A DNA stretch of 62,422 nt, filler included, from Rhabdomonas costata (GCA_019059605.1; 32 parts of 32 records of this genome joined end to end with filler, not necessarily neighbours in it), one strand, 5' to 3'; numbered from the whole stretch's first letter, positions 35,490 through 48,939 are shown. Notes: generated by a model not told the origin, from the sequence alone. A program made the numbers and translations.

Positions 35490-36949
35490 ATGAACTTTTC
35501 TAGCGAAGTAGCGACCCCGGAGGTGCCGTGCCCGGCCCCGGAGTCACCCTCAGGCCCCAGACCCTCCCAAGAGGTGCGCTCCCCCACTACCGCAGGGATG
35601 CCCGCGTTGCTGAAGCGGCGGGGGTGGTTTTCGCGGTGGCCCACCCAGGCCGTTCTCAGCGTGCTGTTCCCGATGTGCTGCTTGACGGCCGCACTGGTGC
35701 AGATTGACCTCCTGGGGCTCGTCCACCTGGTATGCTTTCTGAGTCCATCGTCATCTCTTTTCTCCTGTCGTTTCCTATGCTTTCGTGACTCTGGTTTTTG
35801 CCGTGGTGGCTCTCCGTCTGTGTCTCGATGGACACAGGGACACGTTGTTTCATTTGATGCAACTTTTTTGAACCCGACAACTGTAATATTTACCCAGGGC
35901 TTGCCCGCACAAGAGGAGATGACGATTGTCACGGGCTGGGACAAACACACAGACACAGTTTTAACTCTTACGGGCGGTGCACGATGTTTATCAAGCAGTG
36001 ACCAGAAAATCAAATGTACAGATCGTTAGGTTTGAGAGCAAGAAGAATTGAACCTGGTCGCCGCTGTTCACAACAATGGGTAAGCCACCTTGAGGTCATC
36101 GTCCCTGCCGGGAGGGAGAGAGAGCAAACAAACATCGAAACAAACCTGATCATTACTCTTCTTGTGGCTTTCTCTTTGATAAAAAGTGACCCAGGCTGTT
36201 GCGTTCTGGGGTCACCGTGGAAGAAGAGATGCATTTATGTGCCCCACCATTGCACGTACAACAATAACAATAATTGTTTCGCTAGTGTGCCATTTAACCT
36301 GCGCACGCATACACATTCCTCGCTTCTGACTGTCCAGTGGTTCGGGTTCATATTCCATATTCGGAAGTTTCGCGAGTTTTCCTTTAACCAGAATGTCTGA
36401 TAGCTGTTCATGCACCTTCATGCTTGCATAGCACCTGCTGCCATTTTGTTTAGGCTCTGTTCGAGTTCCATTTTCTGTTCTCCCGAGAAGCCCTGTTTTC
36501 GCCCTTCCACCGGCCGCATCGGCGGTTACTCCTCAGTGCGTTGGCTGCCGACCTGCTTGTCGTGGGGCTGCGCATCCTATGGTATTTCTTAAATTGAGTT
36601 ACTCTTGAATTGTCCCGTACCCCGAGCTTGTACTTGTGCCCACATGGCGACAGTGATTTTGGTTGTAATTTGAGTTGGTGTCCTTCCACGGTGCTGCGCA
36701 ACATCATCTCTCCTGAGTAGATGGCGTATGTACTGAAGAGCCGAATACCCCCTTCATTTCAACAATCGCGGAGCTTCGCCTAACGAATACCTATAACAGT
36801 TCTTGTTCCCCGCACTGACATCCATTTATCTCCTTATCTCTGCTTCCACTATATTGAGGGAGGGGTTTTGACTTTCCTTTTTCGGCTGGCACCTCCCCCT
36901 TTTCCTCAGGCAGCTGCTTCTGCTCGTCCCTGCTGTAAACAGCGTTTCC
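35490..36949 (+). CDS. N-terminus of a multi-pass membrane protein, possibly Piezo-like (exons 35490-35729, 36454-~36524, 36910-~36949)
   Basis: SVLFPMCCLTAALVQIDLLGLVHL-ALFEFHFL resembles the Piezo first TM pair 'LLPxxLLAAxxxxxxxxSLVYL'. GT-AG junctions. Confidence 0.4.
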
Positions 36950-37354
36950 GTGAGCCACGCCGTAGTATTTGACAATGTTGGTCTCCGCCGCTACGCCTCA
37001 TGGTGCGAACCCCTACACACGCACACAAACACACNNNNNNNNNNNNNNNNNNNNNNNNNNNNNNNNNNNNNNNNNNNNTTAATTAATTAANNNNNNNNNN
37101 NNNNNNNNNNNNNNNNNNNNNNNNNNNNNNNNNNCAAAAAGAAGGAAGAAACAAAAAGCACAAAACGGCGATGGGGAGGGCAGGCACACAAAGTGAGGAA
37201 AACAGCCCTTCCACTTTTAGCATCAAATTCTTCTCTCACGTTGCCGGGAGAAGAGAACACTGCGTGCGTGTTGGGGAGATCGCGAAAAATCAGAAGATTG
37301 GGAAAGGTCACCGACAAAACGCTGGCGAGGAGGATGGCACCCACAGGGTCTGTC

Positions 37355-38125
37355 TTACTCCACGGACTGCGACTTTGAGCCGTACAGCCAGTGGCAGTAG
37401 TACTCGTACTCCCCTCCGTGGCGGACCTTGGAGTAGTCCACGTAGACATGCTTGCAGTGAGGACATCGCATGGCGTTGGTATAGCTGAAGCTTCCCCCGC
37501 ACTCGTCGCAGGGCGGGGCCCCTCCCAGCCTCTTCTCCATCTCCTGCAGGGACTCGTAAGCCGACCACAGCAGGGGGTGGATCCCCTGAGTGCAGTACAT
37601 GTAGTTCAACTGAGCAAACCCAGCGTGGCAGAACTGCAGCCGGAACGAGCGGCGGCACTCCGGGTTATCACAGATCACGCTCAGGGTGCTCGTGCTGGCG
37701 TCAATTGTCCCGGCGTAGTGCAGGCCCCGCGCGAAAAAGCCCAGGCGGCCCGTGCCCTTGCCCTCACTTTCTTTGTCCACGTCAAAGGCGAAGGGCTGGA
37801 ACCGGATGCCAGGGATATTCCAGGCGCTGTCCTCTGGCTTCTCCTCCGTGGGCAGGAGCAGGCAGTCGACCTGGGCCACGCCATGGTGCAGCCTTACGCA
37901 GAAGTGGAGGTACGGGCCCTGGGGAACGGTGGAGGCCAGCTCATGGGTGAACTCCAGGCCGGTGGGTGTGCGGAAAACCACAGTGGGATCGGAAGCCTCC
38001 AGGCGGGCCACCGGGGTGAGCTCGTGGACCGGGACGCCCAAGGGGCACTTGCTGCGGCATATCTCCACCCCGGAGACTACCACCACCAGCTCGGGCTCCT
38101 CTGTAGCCATCTTCTGGCTCGACAT
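37355..38125 (-). CDS. Intronless hypothetical protein of about 256 aa with Cys pairs (CDNPEC, CDEC, CPHC), probable Zn-ribbons
   Basis: Uninterrupted ORF with strong GC3 bias from MSSQKMATEEP to the TAA at 37355. Motifs PGIRFQPF, FARGLHY.G, HAGFAQLNYMYC and EYY. Confidence 0.8.
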   Translation of the reverse strand: MSSQKMATEEPELVVVVSGVEICRSKCPLGVPVHELTPVARLEASDPTVVFRTPTGLEFTHELASTVPQGPYLHFCVRLHHGVAQVDCLLLPTEEKPEDSAWNIPGIRFQPFAFDVDKESEGKGTGRLGFFARGLHYAGTIDASTSTLSVICDNPECRRSFRLQFCHAGFAQLNYMYCTQGIHPLLWSAYESLQEMEKRLGGAPPCDECGGSFSYTNAMRCPHCKHVYVDYSKVRHGGEYEYYCHWLYGSKSQSVE

Positions 38126-39384
38126 TGTGGCAGGCAGAGGAGCTGCCAAAAAAGACGGAGCGCGATTCAAAAAATCAGACCAGACCCTCGGTTTCCGGAT
38201 GCTGGGAACCAACATCCAACTTTCCCAAGCTCCCGAACCCACGATACCCTGGGATTGAGTTCCGTGTCCCAACCACTTTTCACCCTCACACAAAATACCA
38301 ACTCTCTCTGACCACTGGTGATCTCACTCCCAATTTCCGCTCAACGGTGAATATACAAAATCCAGCCAGACATTTCGCGGCTACGCCAGCTGACAAGACC
38401 ACGCTGCACCTCAGCGCGCAATTGCGCAACGAACTTTTTGTCAGCGGCGGGAAAAATATATCCCTGCTAACAAGGGGTATATCTCTTTGTGGGATGCACA
38501 TCACAACAAGTTCACATTCTCTCTTTCGGTGCAGTCAGCACCAGGTTGGAGGCTCCCAGGCCTGTGCCGATTCTATATCAGCTAGGCCAGAAAAGCGCAC
38601 CTCCTGTCATGACAACGCGGCGGAATTCAGGCACTGTAGCACCAAAACACAGCTCGAGACACAATTCCCTCCTTTCTGACTCGGGATAAAGCTCCCGTTG
38701 AACTCATGATCTCGGGCAGCGGAGCACAGCCCAAGACCTCCTGGAAATCTCTGTCAAATACATGCACCATGATCTAGTTTCCTGCGAGACAAAAAACCTC
38801 ACCTACCAAAAACAAATACGTCGCTCGTTAGCCTCCCAGTAAAACTTCCAAGACTTCCTCTTCCCACCCAACCCCAAATTGTCGAGGCAAGAGCCCCCCG
38901 TATGCCTCGATGCATACACACATAGTTCGCGCATAATTTTCCTTCAACATGGCGCCAATTTTCAAAAATGTGAATTCCCACAAACCCNNNNNNNNNNNNN
39001 NNNNNNNNNNNNNNNNNNNNNNNNNNNNNNNTTAATTAATTAANNNNNNNNNNNNNNNNNNNNNNNNNNNNNNNNNNNNNNNNNNNNGGTGGGGTTGGAA
39101 TGCTGGGTCAAAGGGTCTCTCGTGGTCTCTCCCTGGCTCGATTCTTTCGCGCGAGGGCAAGCGCAATGTGGATGTAGCACTCGGCTGGGACTGGGAGCGC
39201 GAAAAAAGCGAGCTCGATAAGAGGCTCGCGACGAGCATGTGCCACATCACAGTGTTGGTAGATGGGCACGCGCATCATCCCCATCCTCCACAGCAATCGG
39301 AGACGTTCCCCCGTACAGCAATAGGCGATGCCACAGATTGTTTCTTCTCTTCACCCCTTTGCGTGCCACCGTGACGGGCCGCAG

Positions 39385-40066
39385 GGGAGGAGGCATTCCA
39401 TGAGTGGAGCCCCACGGACTCCCTGTATGGCTCGCGGCACCTCGCCGCGGCATGGGAGGCCCAGGGCAAGCTGAAGGCCATCCAGCTGATGGTGCTGCTG
39501 GACCTCCTGGGTGGGCCCAGCCCGCAGTTCCCCGTTTTCCCCGAGACCCCACTTAAAGTCTACCACAACCTCCAGGCATTGTGAAAAAAAAACACATTTT
39601 TTTTCTCTCTCTCTCTCTCTCTCTCATCGAGCATGGGTTTTTCACAAGCACAAGAGGGTGTAAGGACTGTCACCGGACAGGCACAGCAGCCCTGCACCAG
39701 CCCAACGCTTCTCGCGCTGAACGCTCCATGCCCAACGCACAAACAGGACACTCGACCGTTGAGCCTTGTAAATGTCCCCCCCCCCAGATGCCTGCATGCA
39801 CTGTCTTGTCCGCTGCGTTACTCGACAGAAGCCAATTGCGACTTTTCTGCAAGCTCTCTCTCTCCTAAAGAATTGTCATCGGGTGCTTCTCTCGCTGGGC
39901 AAGCCACGATATTTAAAGTGTGACCCCCACAGACGGAGCGAGTACTTTTCGGCAGGTCTTGGAGGCCAAGATTCTGGGCGAGCACTCTGGCAGGCCTAGA
40001 TGGTTCACCGGCCTCAGGGCGACGGAGGCGGTAGAGGACGACCACCTTCCTTTTCAGAACAGAGGG
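39385..40066 (+). CDS. QPCT: Glutaminyl-peptide cyclotransferase (M28 family) fragment (exons 39385-39575, 39956-40066)
   Basis: GEEAFHEWSPTDSLYGSRHLA...MVLLDLLGGPSPQF...HNLQ-VLEAKI...VEDDHLPFQNRG contains the hallmark QC motifs GEEA, DSLYGSRHLA, LLDLLG and EDDHxPF. Confidence 0.92.
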
Positions 40067-41728
40067 GTGTGTGCCCCGCTCCTCCCCCTTGCCCAAACCC
40101 TCGGAACTGGAGCTCGAAGCCTGCGGTTTTTCCATGAGCTTTATCTTTTCTCTCTTCACTGGCGTGTAGGTGTGACTTATTGTATTTTGTACTTGTATGG
40201 CTTGCATTTTTCCACCGCATTGACGAAATTCGTTGCTCCAGAGCAGGCTTATGTTTTGCAATGGCCATGACCTACCCTTTTTACCCATGTCCTTCTTCCC
40301 ACAAGTTCTCAATGCCTATCCCCTCCTTTCGCGAATGCGTGGTGTTCGAACGTGTAACTTGGCGCCCGCGCGCAGCACCCTTACCAGTTTTACACTGTTG
40401 TTGGGTATTTTCTGTACATCTTGGTCTTAGGATTGTGTTTGCTTGTGTAGAAGCAGATGTAAATGTCTTTCGTGTCTAAGGCTTGCGGGGTGCGCCGTCC
40501 CGCTGTACTATTGGCACCCCTTTGTGCGGGCATGCCCTGTTCCGATCCCCTCCTTTATGAACCATGCGAAGGGGCGGAGTGGCTCATTCCGCTCTCCGCT
40601 GGGGGCCGAAACACACGTCTTCCAAGTGGCACAAGAGGATGAAAGGAACGGAAACTGAGCTCATTTTATGAGGTTGAGCTGAAACTCCACCCCCCTCCCC
40701 CGTGAACCAATAACTGGGTATCAGGGTCCAGCTGGCAATGAAGTCCAGGGGAACTTCCCCGCTCACGAAACCCCTTCGGCCTCGTAGCGGACTGGCCTCC
40801 GCACCGAAAGTAATTCAGTCCCTTTTGTATGGCAATCTCCTGGGAACCGTTCATGGCCCCTCTGGGGCAACGCCACCGACGTCCGCTGAGCTCCGTTTGT
40901 GGCTCACTAACGTGAACCACGTGGTTCACGGGGGGGGGGGNNNNNNNNNNNNNNNNNNNNNNNNNNNNNNNNNNNNNNNNNNNNTTAATTAATTAANNNN
41001 NNNNNNNNNNNNNNNNNNNNNNNNNNNNNNNNNNNNNNNNCGCTGAGGCTGGAAGGGGCGGGGGACACGGATGTACAGACGTAGGTAGGCATGCTCATAA
41101 GGGAGCCCCAAATAAAAAAAGGGGGGGCCTACCACTCCCAATACTCTGCAGTACCAAAGGGATAGCGACGTCCATCCCATGACGAAATCTGTGCGTATGT
41201 GAGAGGGGGCGCTGGAATTTTGCGCCAGGGAAGGTCACTGAAATAGGCGCACCCATGGCGAGAGTAAGTAAGTGCGTGAGTGAGCGACTGTGTGTGTCAG
41301 AGGAAGAAAACGTGCGGAAGAAACGACCATCTCTAACCTCCCAAAGAACATGAGCACAGCGCAGCACACCACTTCCCAAGATGTGGTGCCCTGCGAGCAG
41401 ATTCTCCAAAACGCATGCACAGGTGTGAAACCCAAACTGCAATGGAGGCGCCAGGGGCATGAAATGGGCAACGCCGGTCAGCTGCGGCAAAATGTCGCAT
41501 GCAGGGGGGGGGGGCAAAGGGCACGAAGCAGCTTACATCCTAACTCAAAAGTATGTCCACACAACACGACACGCATCCACGCCAGACACTGTTGCACACA
41601 CACATACACACACACACCACTCACAAAGACTGCAAATGGCCCTTAGGCGGGAGGCACCCTCAGCTGAGCGGCCTCATCGGACGCATACTACTCTTTGTCC
41701 CCACTTCCTTTTGCCCTGTGGAACATGC

Positions 41729-42839
41729 TTAGGACTCCGCCGCAGCGGCGTCCTTCTCCTCCGTCATAATACCGTTGGGGTTCCGAAGGAGGTCCGCAAT
41801 CTCCTGCTTCATTTCTTCCACCGGACGAGGCGGGACTGTGGCTGCGCTAAGCGAGCGCGGGTACGGAAACGCCTCCGCAGCGATCTGCATTGCACGTACA
41901 CGTATGCGTATGCGTGCGCGTGAGTCCAATGACGAACTGGAAGTTGCGGGGCTACTTTTTCAACCCAGCTCTAGGGAAGTGCTCGACCTTCTTTGCTTGG
42001 GACATGTCTATGCGTCCGACCCTCGACCCTGCGAGATGCTGTGATGCAGCAGGCATTCCGCTATAAGAAAAGGTCCTCACTGCGGCTCTTGCCACGAAAC
42101 GGGAGAGAGCACTCAGGCTGAAGCTGACCGAACGTAACCACCACCACCACCACCACCACCGGCCCAGTGGGAGTTTTGGTTGTCTCTGGGTGTATGCTGC
42201 AATCATGCACCGTGTCGGGCACTACCGTGGGCTTGGTCCTCTCTGTCGCCACTCCTGTAAATAGCTAAAACACTATTGAAAAAGTGTACACCTCTAGCAT
42301 ATATGCTAGAGGCTAGAGGCAGTATTACGGATATTACAAGGTATACTTTACTTTTAATACTCCTGAATAGCTCGAACACATCAGCAACCTCACGATACAC
42401 GAAAAGAAGCTCTTGAGTTGCATTCCAAAACTATAAAACAGCGATAAGCAAAGACATGGTAAGGGAAGAGGTGTAATTCATTGTGGGGTTGGCACCTGCA
42501 GCACTTCTGGTTTCTAAAAAAACAACAAAAAAAAAATAACCGCCCTTCGTGAAAAGGAACGGAAGAAGTTCGGTGGGTGGATGGGTGAAAGGACCTCAGT
42601 GTCGCCCGCGCTGGCGATGCTCCCAAAGTAGGGCATCCTCATTGCCTCTTCCGCGGTGAGGCGGTGCCGCGGGTGGAACCGCAGCACCCCTCGCATCACG
42701 GCGCAGCACTCCTCGGAGGGCGGCGAGCTTGGCAGCCCCGGCAGATTCTCCAGCACAAGCGGGGCCGCCTCAGGGAGGCTCCGGACGTGCTCCTGGATGT
42801 CCGCGGGGAGGGCGGCGATGTCCTCGGCCGTTGGGGTGC
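41729..42839 (-). CDS. CMGC/MAPK-like protein kinase, last two exons (42839-42595, 41884-41729)
   Basis: GTPTAEDI...MRGVLRFHPRHRLTAEEAMRMPYF (subdomains X-XI), followed by the tail 'VEEMKQEIADLL' and a stop. GT-AG, in phase. Confidence 0.8.
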
Positions 42840-45785
42840 CTGAGGCCCATCACCCCAGGAAAAATCATCCGCGCCCCCTCCCCCCGGCCTCCGNNNNNNN
42901 NNNNNNNNNNNNNNNNNNNNNNNNNNNNNNNNNNNNNTTAATTAATTAANNNNNNNNNNNNNNNNNNNNNNNNNNNNNNNNNNNNNNNNNNNNCAGGAAG
43001 ATGACGGATCACTCGAGGGTGAAGGTTGGGGCTAAATGATGAAGAAGCGAGCTGTTTTGTCCCCACAAACCTTCCTCACAAGGTGCGAAACACGACGTTT
43101 TGCGGGCTTACCCTGCTCGTTTTGTGCAGCCCGAACCGGAGAACGCAGCCAAAAGATGGCCATTAAAGTTCAACCCGTTTGCAGACCTGACAGTTTTTTG
43201 TTCTCCCCCAACATGAGCCTGAGAGCAATATTTCCCCTGGACGGGGGTGTCTGCCGAAAAGTTACTTGCAGTGAACTCCCCCAGAGGACATTGGGACATT
43301 TTCGCCGGAGGATTTCCTTTTGTGAGGGTTTCAACAGACCAATTTAACAAGAGCCGGCTCCTTTTATTGAGCCCTGCTTTCCTGACTCAACTGCATTCTT
43401 TGCCTCGAGCAGTTCTGCAGTGCAGTGCAGAATCTCATCATCCTACCCACCATCACATCTACCTGCACCCACCCTGCGGCGTCACGTCGATTACAATCCT
43501 GCCGCATCTTTTTTTCCTTTTATCTGAATCGGGTTATGGATGGGAAGGCGACTCCTGTGGTTGAAGCGGCCATCTTTCCTAAGCGGCATGCCATAGGGTA
43601 TAGGGTTCCCTTTCCCACCGTCGAACTCCCTCTGTCACCCCCAACTTGTTTTCGCAGTCGCTAAAGTCTCTCAGCTTCCGTCGACGGGATCCACGCCTCA
43701 GCCCGCTCTCAAAGTGACTCTTTCAGGTCCTCTGGGCGGTTGGGCTGTGAAGGATTTTTTTGGGAGCCTTGTTCTCAAATGTACGTGTGGGGATGGGATG
43801 CATTTTTGAAAGCTGTGCAATCTGAAGTCATGGCACGACAAACATTCTCTATCATCACATCAAAACGACACAACTTAGAGCATGATGCTCACTGAATCAA
43901 ATGGCATTTTTGAGACTTGGAGGTTGAATAATTGTATCATAGGTGCAAATGAGTTCGGTTCCCATTTTTTGTTGCTGGCATATCGGGGTGCGGAACTCAC
44001 AGCCTTCCCCATTTGTCACATATGCGCCCCTCTGTTACATTTAAACTGACGGGCGGGCACCGATGAGAGACAACACCAGAAAAGTCTCACGCCTTTTATT
44101 TTTGACACTTCACCCGAAATTCTCATTCAGTTGCCATGTTCTTCCGGTGCGGTATGGTTTACATCTTTTGAGCGTTAATGGGTCGCCGTTACACCGCCGT
44201 TACACCGTTATACCGTTTAACGCCCCCTCCCCAAAAAAAATAATAGACCGGACCCCTCCGGTGAAGTACGCTGGGTTCGTATTCCCTATCTTCTTTCTTG
44301 GTTGGCAACAGAGTATCCCACCTGTGGGGCCAACTTCCTCTGCCCCCCGGGGTTCAGCTCCAAGGAGGCGGACACGATGTGCAGGCTTCACCCGAGGTGC
44401 ACGGTGATTGACTGCTGCGCCCCTGCCGCGCCGGGGGAGACCCCGCGGACAGTCCGGGGACCTACTGGTACTGCATCCTTCCCCCTTCCCCTTTCCTCCT
44501 TCCTCCAGCGCCACAGAAACCAAGCGAACGCGCAGAGGTTCCAACCAATGGGAATTCCCAATTACATAGTGTTGGGCTGTTGGGAACGAGACGTCCAATG
44601 CACTGCGACCCTTTTGAGAACGGGACTTCGAATCTTCCGACTGTGCACCGGTCTCTGGGCTTACGATGCAACGCAAGATCAGTTGTGTCTGAACGTTGCA
44701 ACCTCGCGCACAGTTTGCATATCCTCACTCGCATGCTCACTTGCTCGCGCTCGCACACCCTCACCTTCGCTTTGGTCCAGAGAAGCTCACTTGCGGCGCC
44801 AACTACGCCTGCCCTCAGTTTTTTGCTCTGAAGAAGCCCCACACACNNNNNNNNNNNNNNNNNNNNNNNNNNNNNNNNNNNNNNNNNNNNTTAATTAATT
44901 AANNNNNNNNNNNNNNNNNNNNNNNNNNNNNNNNNNNNNNNNNNNNGTGGGGGGGTGGGTGAGGGCAGGGAGTTCGGCGGAACTGAGGAGGCGCCGGGAC
45001 ACACCGCTTAGGATGAGTTCACCGTCTCGCGTCCAGCAGAAAGAAGTTGCTCTGTTATGTGCGTTGGTGACTCGTCACTTCCTCGACACTTGTGCCGTCG
45101 CATTTGTCAGAATGACGACTCACAGGCGGCGATCTTTTCCTCTCGGATGATAATTAATCACTGAGGGTGTTGCGGAACGTGCCATGCTCTCGGCACAGCG
45201 CCGATTTCAGCCTACGTGAGCTTTATCCGTTTCAGTTGCTGTAGGCTTTGCGGTATCGTCAGTTCGTCAGTCCGCAAGCCCATCCGAGCATCGGAGGGGG
45301 TCAAATATGAATGAGCCGAATTTTGGCCCGCACTTCGAGACCCCTCTCCTTCCAAAAATTGACATCAGAGCCTTTCATTTTTTGCCGTTCTCTTTGTGAA
45401 GTGACAGCTTTGCTTTATGCTGATCGTCGCGTGAAGGTCTTTCCACCTTTCGCAAAGGTCCAATTTCAGTTGTGATCAATCCCGAAGAAGGGAATTTCCC
45501 CTCCTCAAAACCGTTTTAAGAAATTGCTCAAAAGACAGCGCAGCGGTGGAGAAAGCATCAAATTGGATTTTGACAAGATTGGACTCCCCTCTTTCACCCG
45601 CAACTGAAGCTCATCTTTCAGATCCCTCGTGGATCTGAAGTAAGAAATTCCGCACATTCTCTGGTCATCGCTTACATGGGGGCCGAAGAGGAAGAGACAT
45701 TTCGACTTTTGGATTGGGCCGCTTTATCGTTTGCTTCTTGCATCCCATCTCAACCCGTTCCTAAATTTTCTTGATCACTCTTCAG

Positions 45786-46673
45786 GAGCTGAGACGATGA
45801 TGCAGCATGACATTGAGTTCGACCATGAGTTCACTCTGGCTGGGAAGATCAACTTCTTATTGGGCCCTCTGGGGCTTCCTCCGGGGTACGCTGCCTCAAC
45901 GACTCAACTCTGTCCACCGTAGTTATCCGGTATAGAATAGAATTTCTGAGGAGTGACCTGTGCGTGTCGGAGCCCACAGGTGGCTACTTCCTTCCTGCTC
46001 ATCTTGCTCGGTCCATTTGCCACAATGAAGTTGCCGCTTTCTAGTCTCCCCTCCCCATTTATTCTCACTGTAAAAGAGAACAGGTCTTCCTTCGTTGGCA
46101 TTGCCGCCTGCCAATAGCAGGAATGGAAGCCCCAGCCCATTTTGCATCCTTCTTGGGGTCTTCGGATGGGGGGGGGATACAGGTACATGTCCCTGAAGTT
46201 TTTGATGATGAACTACGCCATCGTGGACAGCCCGGTGTGCCGCCTGCCAGGGCTGATCTCCTCCGGCCTCAACCTAGCGCTCTTCTTTGCGGGGTTCCCG
46301 CTGATCAATTACATGCCGCGGTTCTTCCTCGGAGGCCTTGTGTTCTACACCGGTGAGTGCACGGGTCACCCTTCCCCCGGAAGCAGCCAAACTATGTCCT
46401 GTCACTAGTTAGCATGATGAACCCCCCCCCCCTGTGTGCGATTTCCGTCAATTAGCGTTTCCATTGCATTGGCAATTAACTAATCAGATAGTTGGCGATG
46501 TGCTGTGAACTGAAAGTGTCTTTTGCCATTCTTTCTCTTCTGTTCTGCCTCACTCCCATCACCATTCTCTCTCCTGCTGGGACTTTTCATTTTGGACCCG
46601 GACTTGGCTTTCCGCAGGCATTGTTTTCCTCATGGATAACCTCTACGACAGCATCATGGTGCTGACCCACAAG
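45786..46673 (+). CDS. SulP/SLC26-family anion transporter fragment (exons 45786-45885, 46183-46352, 46618-46673)
   Basis: DIEFDHEFTLAGKINFLLGPLGLPPG-YMSLK...RLPGLISSGLNLALFFAGFPLINYMPRFFLGGLVFYT-GIVFLMDNL matches SulP 'DxDxELxAxGxxN', 'xxxPxxxLGGLxxxxG'. Junctions are in phase. Confidence 0.8.
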
Positions 46674-46919
46674 GTATGCCGGATGAGAGTTAACTTTGGT
46701 TCTGCTGGTGACCATTTTTGGAAAGCTGGAGGCGGTTTAGGGTGAATTCTGCCAAGCCTACCCATCCTCACCCAGCAAGCGCCGGGGTCCAAAAAAACCN
46801 NNNNNNNNNNNNNNNNNNNNNNNNNNNNNNNNNNNNNNNNNNNTTAATTAATTAANNNNNNNNNNNNNNNNNNNNNNNNNNNNNNNNNNNNNNNNNNNNG
46901 GTGGGTGGGGAAAGCCACG

Positions 46920-48530
46920 CACCGTTGTGTTCGCGAGCACCCGCTGGGCTCCCTCCCGTGGAGGGCTTTGTGGAGGGCTTTGTGACAGCGCCCCCCTTTC
47001 CGCCCCTGCTGCTGCTGCTGCTGCCCGGTGAGGAGCTAGTGCGGGCCCTCTCCGCGGTGCCGGTGGAGTTCGTGGCGGAAGGACTGGGCGCGGCCCCTCC
47101 CGAACTGTGCGAGCGAGCCGACGTGGAGGACAGAGGAGAAGGCCGCGCCGGGGAAGAGCCCGACATAGGAAGTCCTCGCCGGATGGAGTGGGAGCCCGAC
47201 GTCCGGCCACTGCGGGGGGCCTCCTGCAGCTCGGCAAGTTGCTAAGAGACAATGCACTCGCAACCGTAACACAACTGTGGGTGCGCAGGTGGTTGCGCGA
47301 GTCGGTGTGCGAGAGAAAAGGAAAACTGTCAGAAAGAAAAGAGGGTCCTGTGTTGCTCATCACTAACTTTGCAGCGAACTAAAATCTGTGGTGCGGCGAG
47401 GGGGCACGCCCATGCCTACTGGGTTTGCGGCGTCTCTATGCAATCAATTTTTACCCCCCCCCTGCGCTGCAATTGTAGTGTACCAATACCGTTACAAAGC
47501 ATCAGCAAGGCTACAACCTCGAGTGATATTCTCACCAAAGCATTGAACAATGTTATCTGTAACCCAAATTTGGTTCTGTTCCGGTTCCCAAACGATGTTA
47601 CAAAAGACGCTGAGCGGGGGCAAGGAAACTGGTCGCCGCAAAACAACAATCCTGCACAAACAAAACCGTTCAAAATTTCTCATTATGCATTTCCCAAGAA
47701 GTGGAAGAAGTACCCTCCCCCCACAAGCGCCCCCGCTCACTCGCTTGACGTTGCTTTGAATTGGGCTGGCACTGACGATTACAAAAGCAAGAGAAATCAG
47801 AACCGGAGACTAGGCTCGCCCTCTTCCCCACTCCACCCTCTCACTTCAAACAGACCCGTGCCCTGTCCGGGAGCAAGGCCTTCCCAGTCTCAGGAAGCGC
47901 CGAGAGCTGCTGCTCCGTGCATCTCCGCCACAGGTGGTACCTCTTGTCCGCGGTGGCCACGGCAAGTGCACTGAGGAGCGGGCTTCCCAACGGCCCCGAG
48001 GGCGGGGGAGTGGGGACCACCGCCATACCCAGCACAAAGGCCGAATGCCGCAGCACTCGAAACGGTGCCACCTAAGCAAACGGGAGTGAAGAGAGAGAGA
48101 GGAGGGGCGGACCAACATAATGTATTGGCAGAAGGACCTTCGGCAAGACCAATCATCAGCAACCATCAGCAATGGAAAAGGGAAGTGGAAGGGGGAAGGT
48201 CAGCAGAGCCTTCAGCTTCGGCAGTCACCCTTGGTTGGCTTCTGCTGTAGTGACCCACGATCTCTTCTCTCCCACCAAGCCCTTGACATCCAGAATCACC
48301 TTGATTCAAGACGGATCCAATGCCTCCCCACCTCACCCGTCTTGGCCGCCTCCCCCATACCTCCGGCCCTGTGCACTTTTTGCTCGCGGCCTTCCCTGCC
48401 GGTGTAGATGAGGAAGACGAGGACGCGGGCGGGCGTTTTCCCGCGGCGGTGGGAGAGGGCCCACTGCTGGAGCTCATCAGCGCAGATGAGCTCAGCCCGT
48501 TCAGGATTTCCGCCCAGGCCCAAACACACA
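46920..48530 (-). CDS. Ser/Gly/Pro-rich low-complexity protein fragment (several exons)
   Basis: GC-rich exon after TCTTAG: QLAELQEAPRSGRTSGSHS...SSSSSRGGKGG. A similar Ser-rich exon lies at ~48390-48510. Junctions are uncertain. Confidence 0.4.
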
Positions 48531-48939
48531 CGCAGCAGTCATCGCCTGTGAGCAGAGAGACAGATTGTGATGGTCGGAGGTACGGGAGACTGTGAGAGAA
48601 GGGAGGGAGAGAGAGCCCCGTGAGCGAGCTGCAGCGAGAGAGTGTTCCGAACCTATCTCGCGGTATTGACCCTCTGGCCGTGTCCGAAAAATGCTAAGAC
48701 AGCGGGTCCGATGTATTATTTGGAGGAGGGTATTCTAATAATAAAACAAAACNNNNNNNNNNNNNNNNNNNNNNNNNNNNNNNNNNNNNNNNNNNNTTAA
48801 TTAATTAANNNNNNNNNNNNNNNNNNNNNNNNNNNNNNNNNNNNNNNNNNNNTTGTTGGTGGAGACGTGCACATGTACTGCTAATGCCGAGGAGGATTCC
48901 CGTCAGCAGAGGATCTCTTGGTTTTGCGTGTCTGTACAG

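Noticed and set aside
37391..38311. 306-aa + strand ORF and similar long antisense ORFs (e.g. 12343-12702, 15190-15522)
   Set aside because: Shadow ORFs caused by the high GC3 of real genes on the opposite strand.
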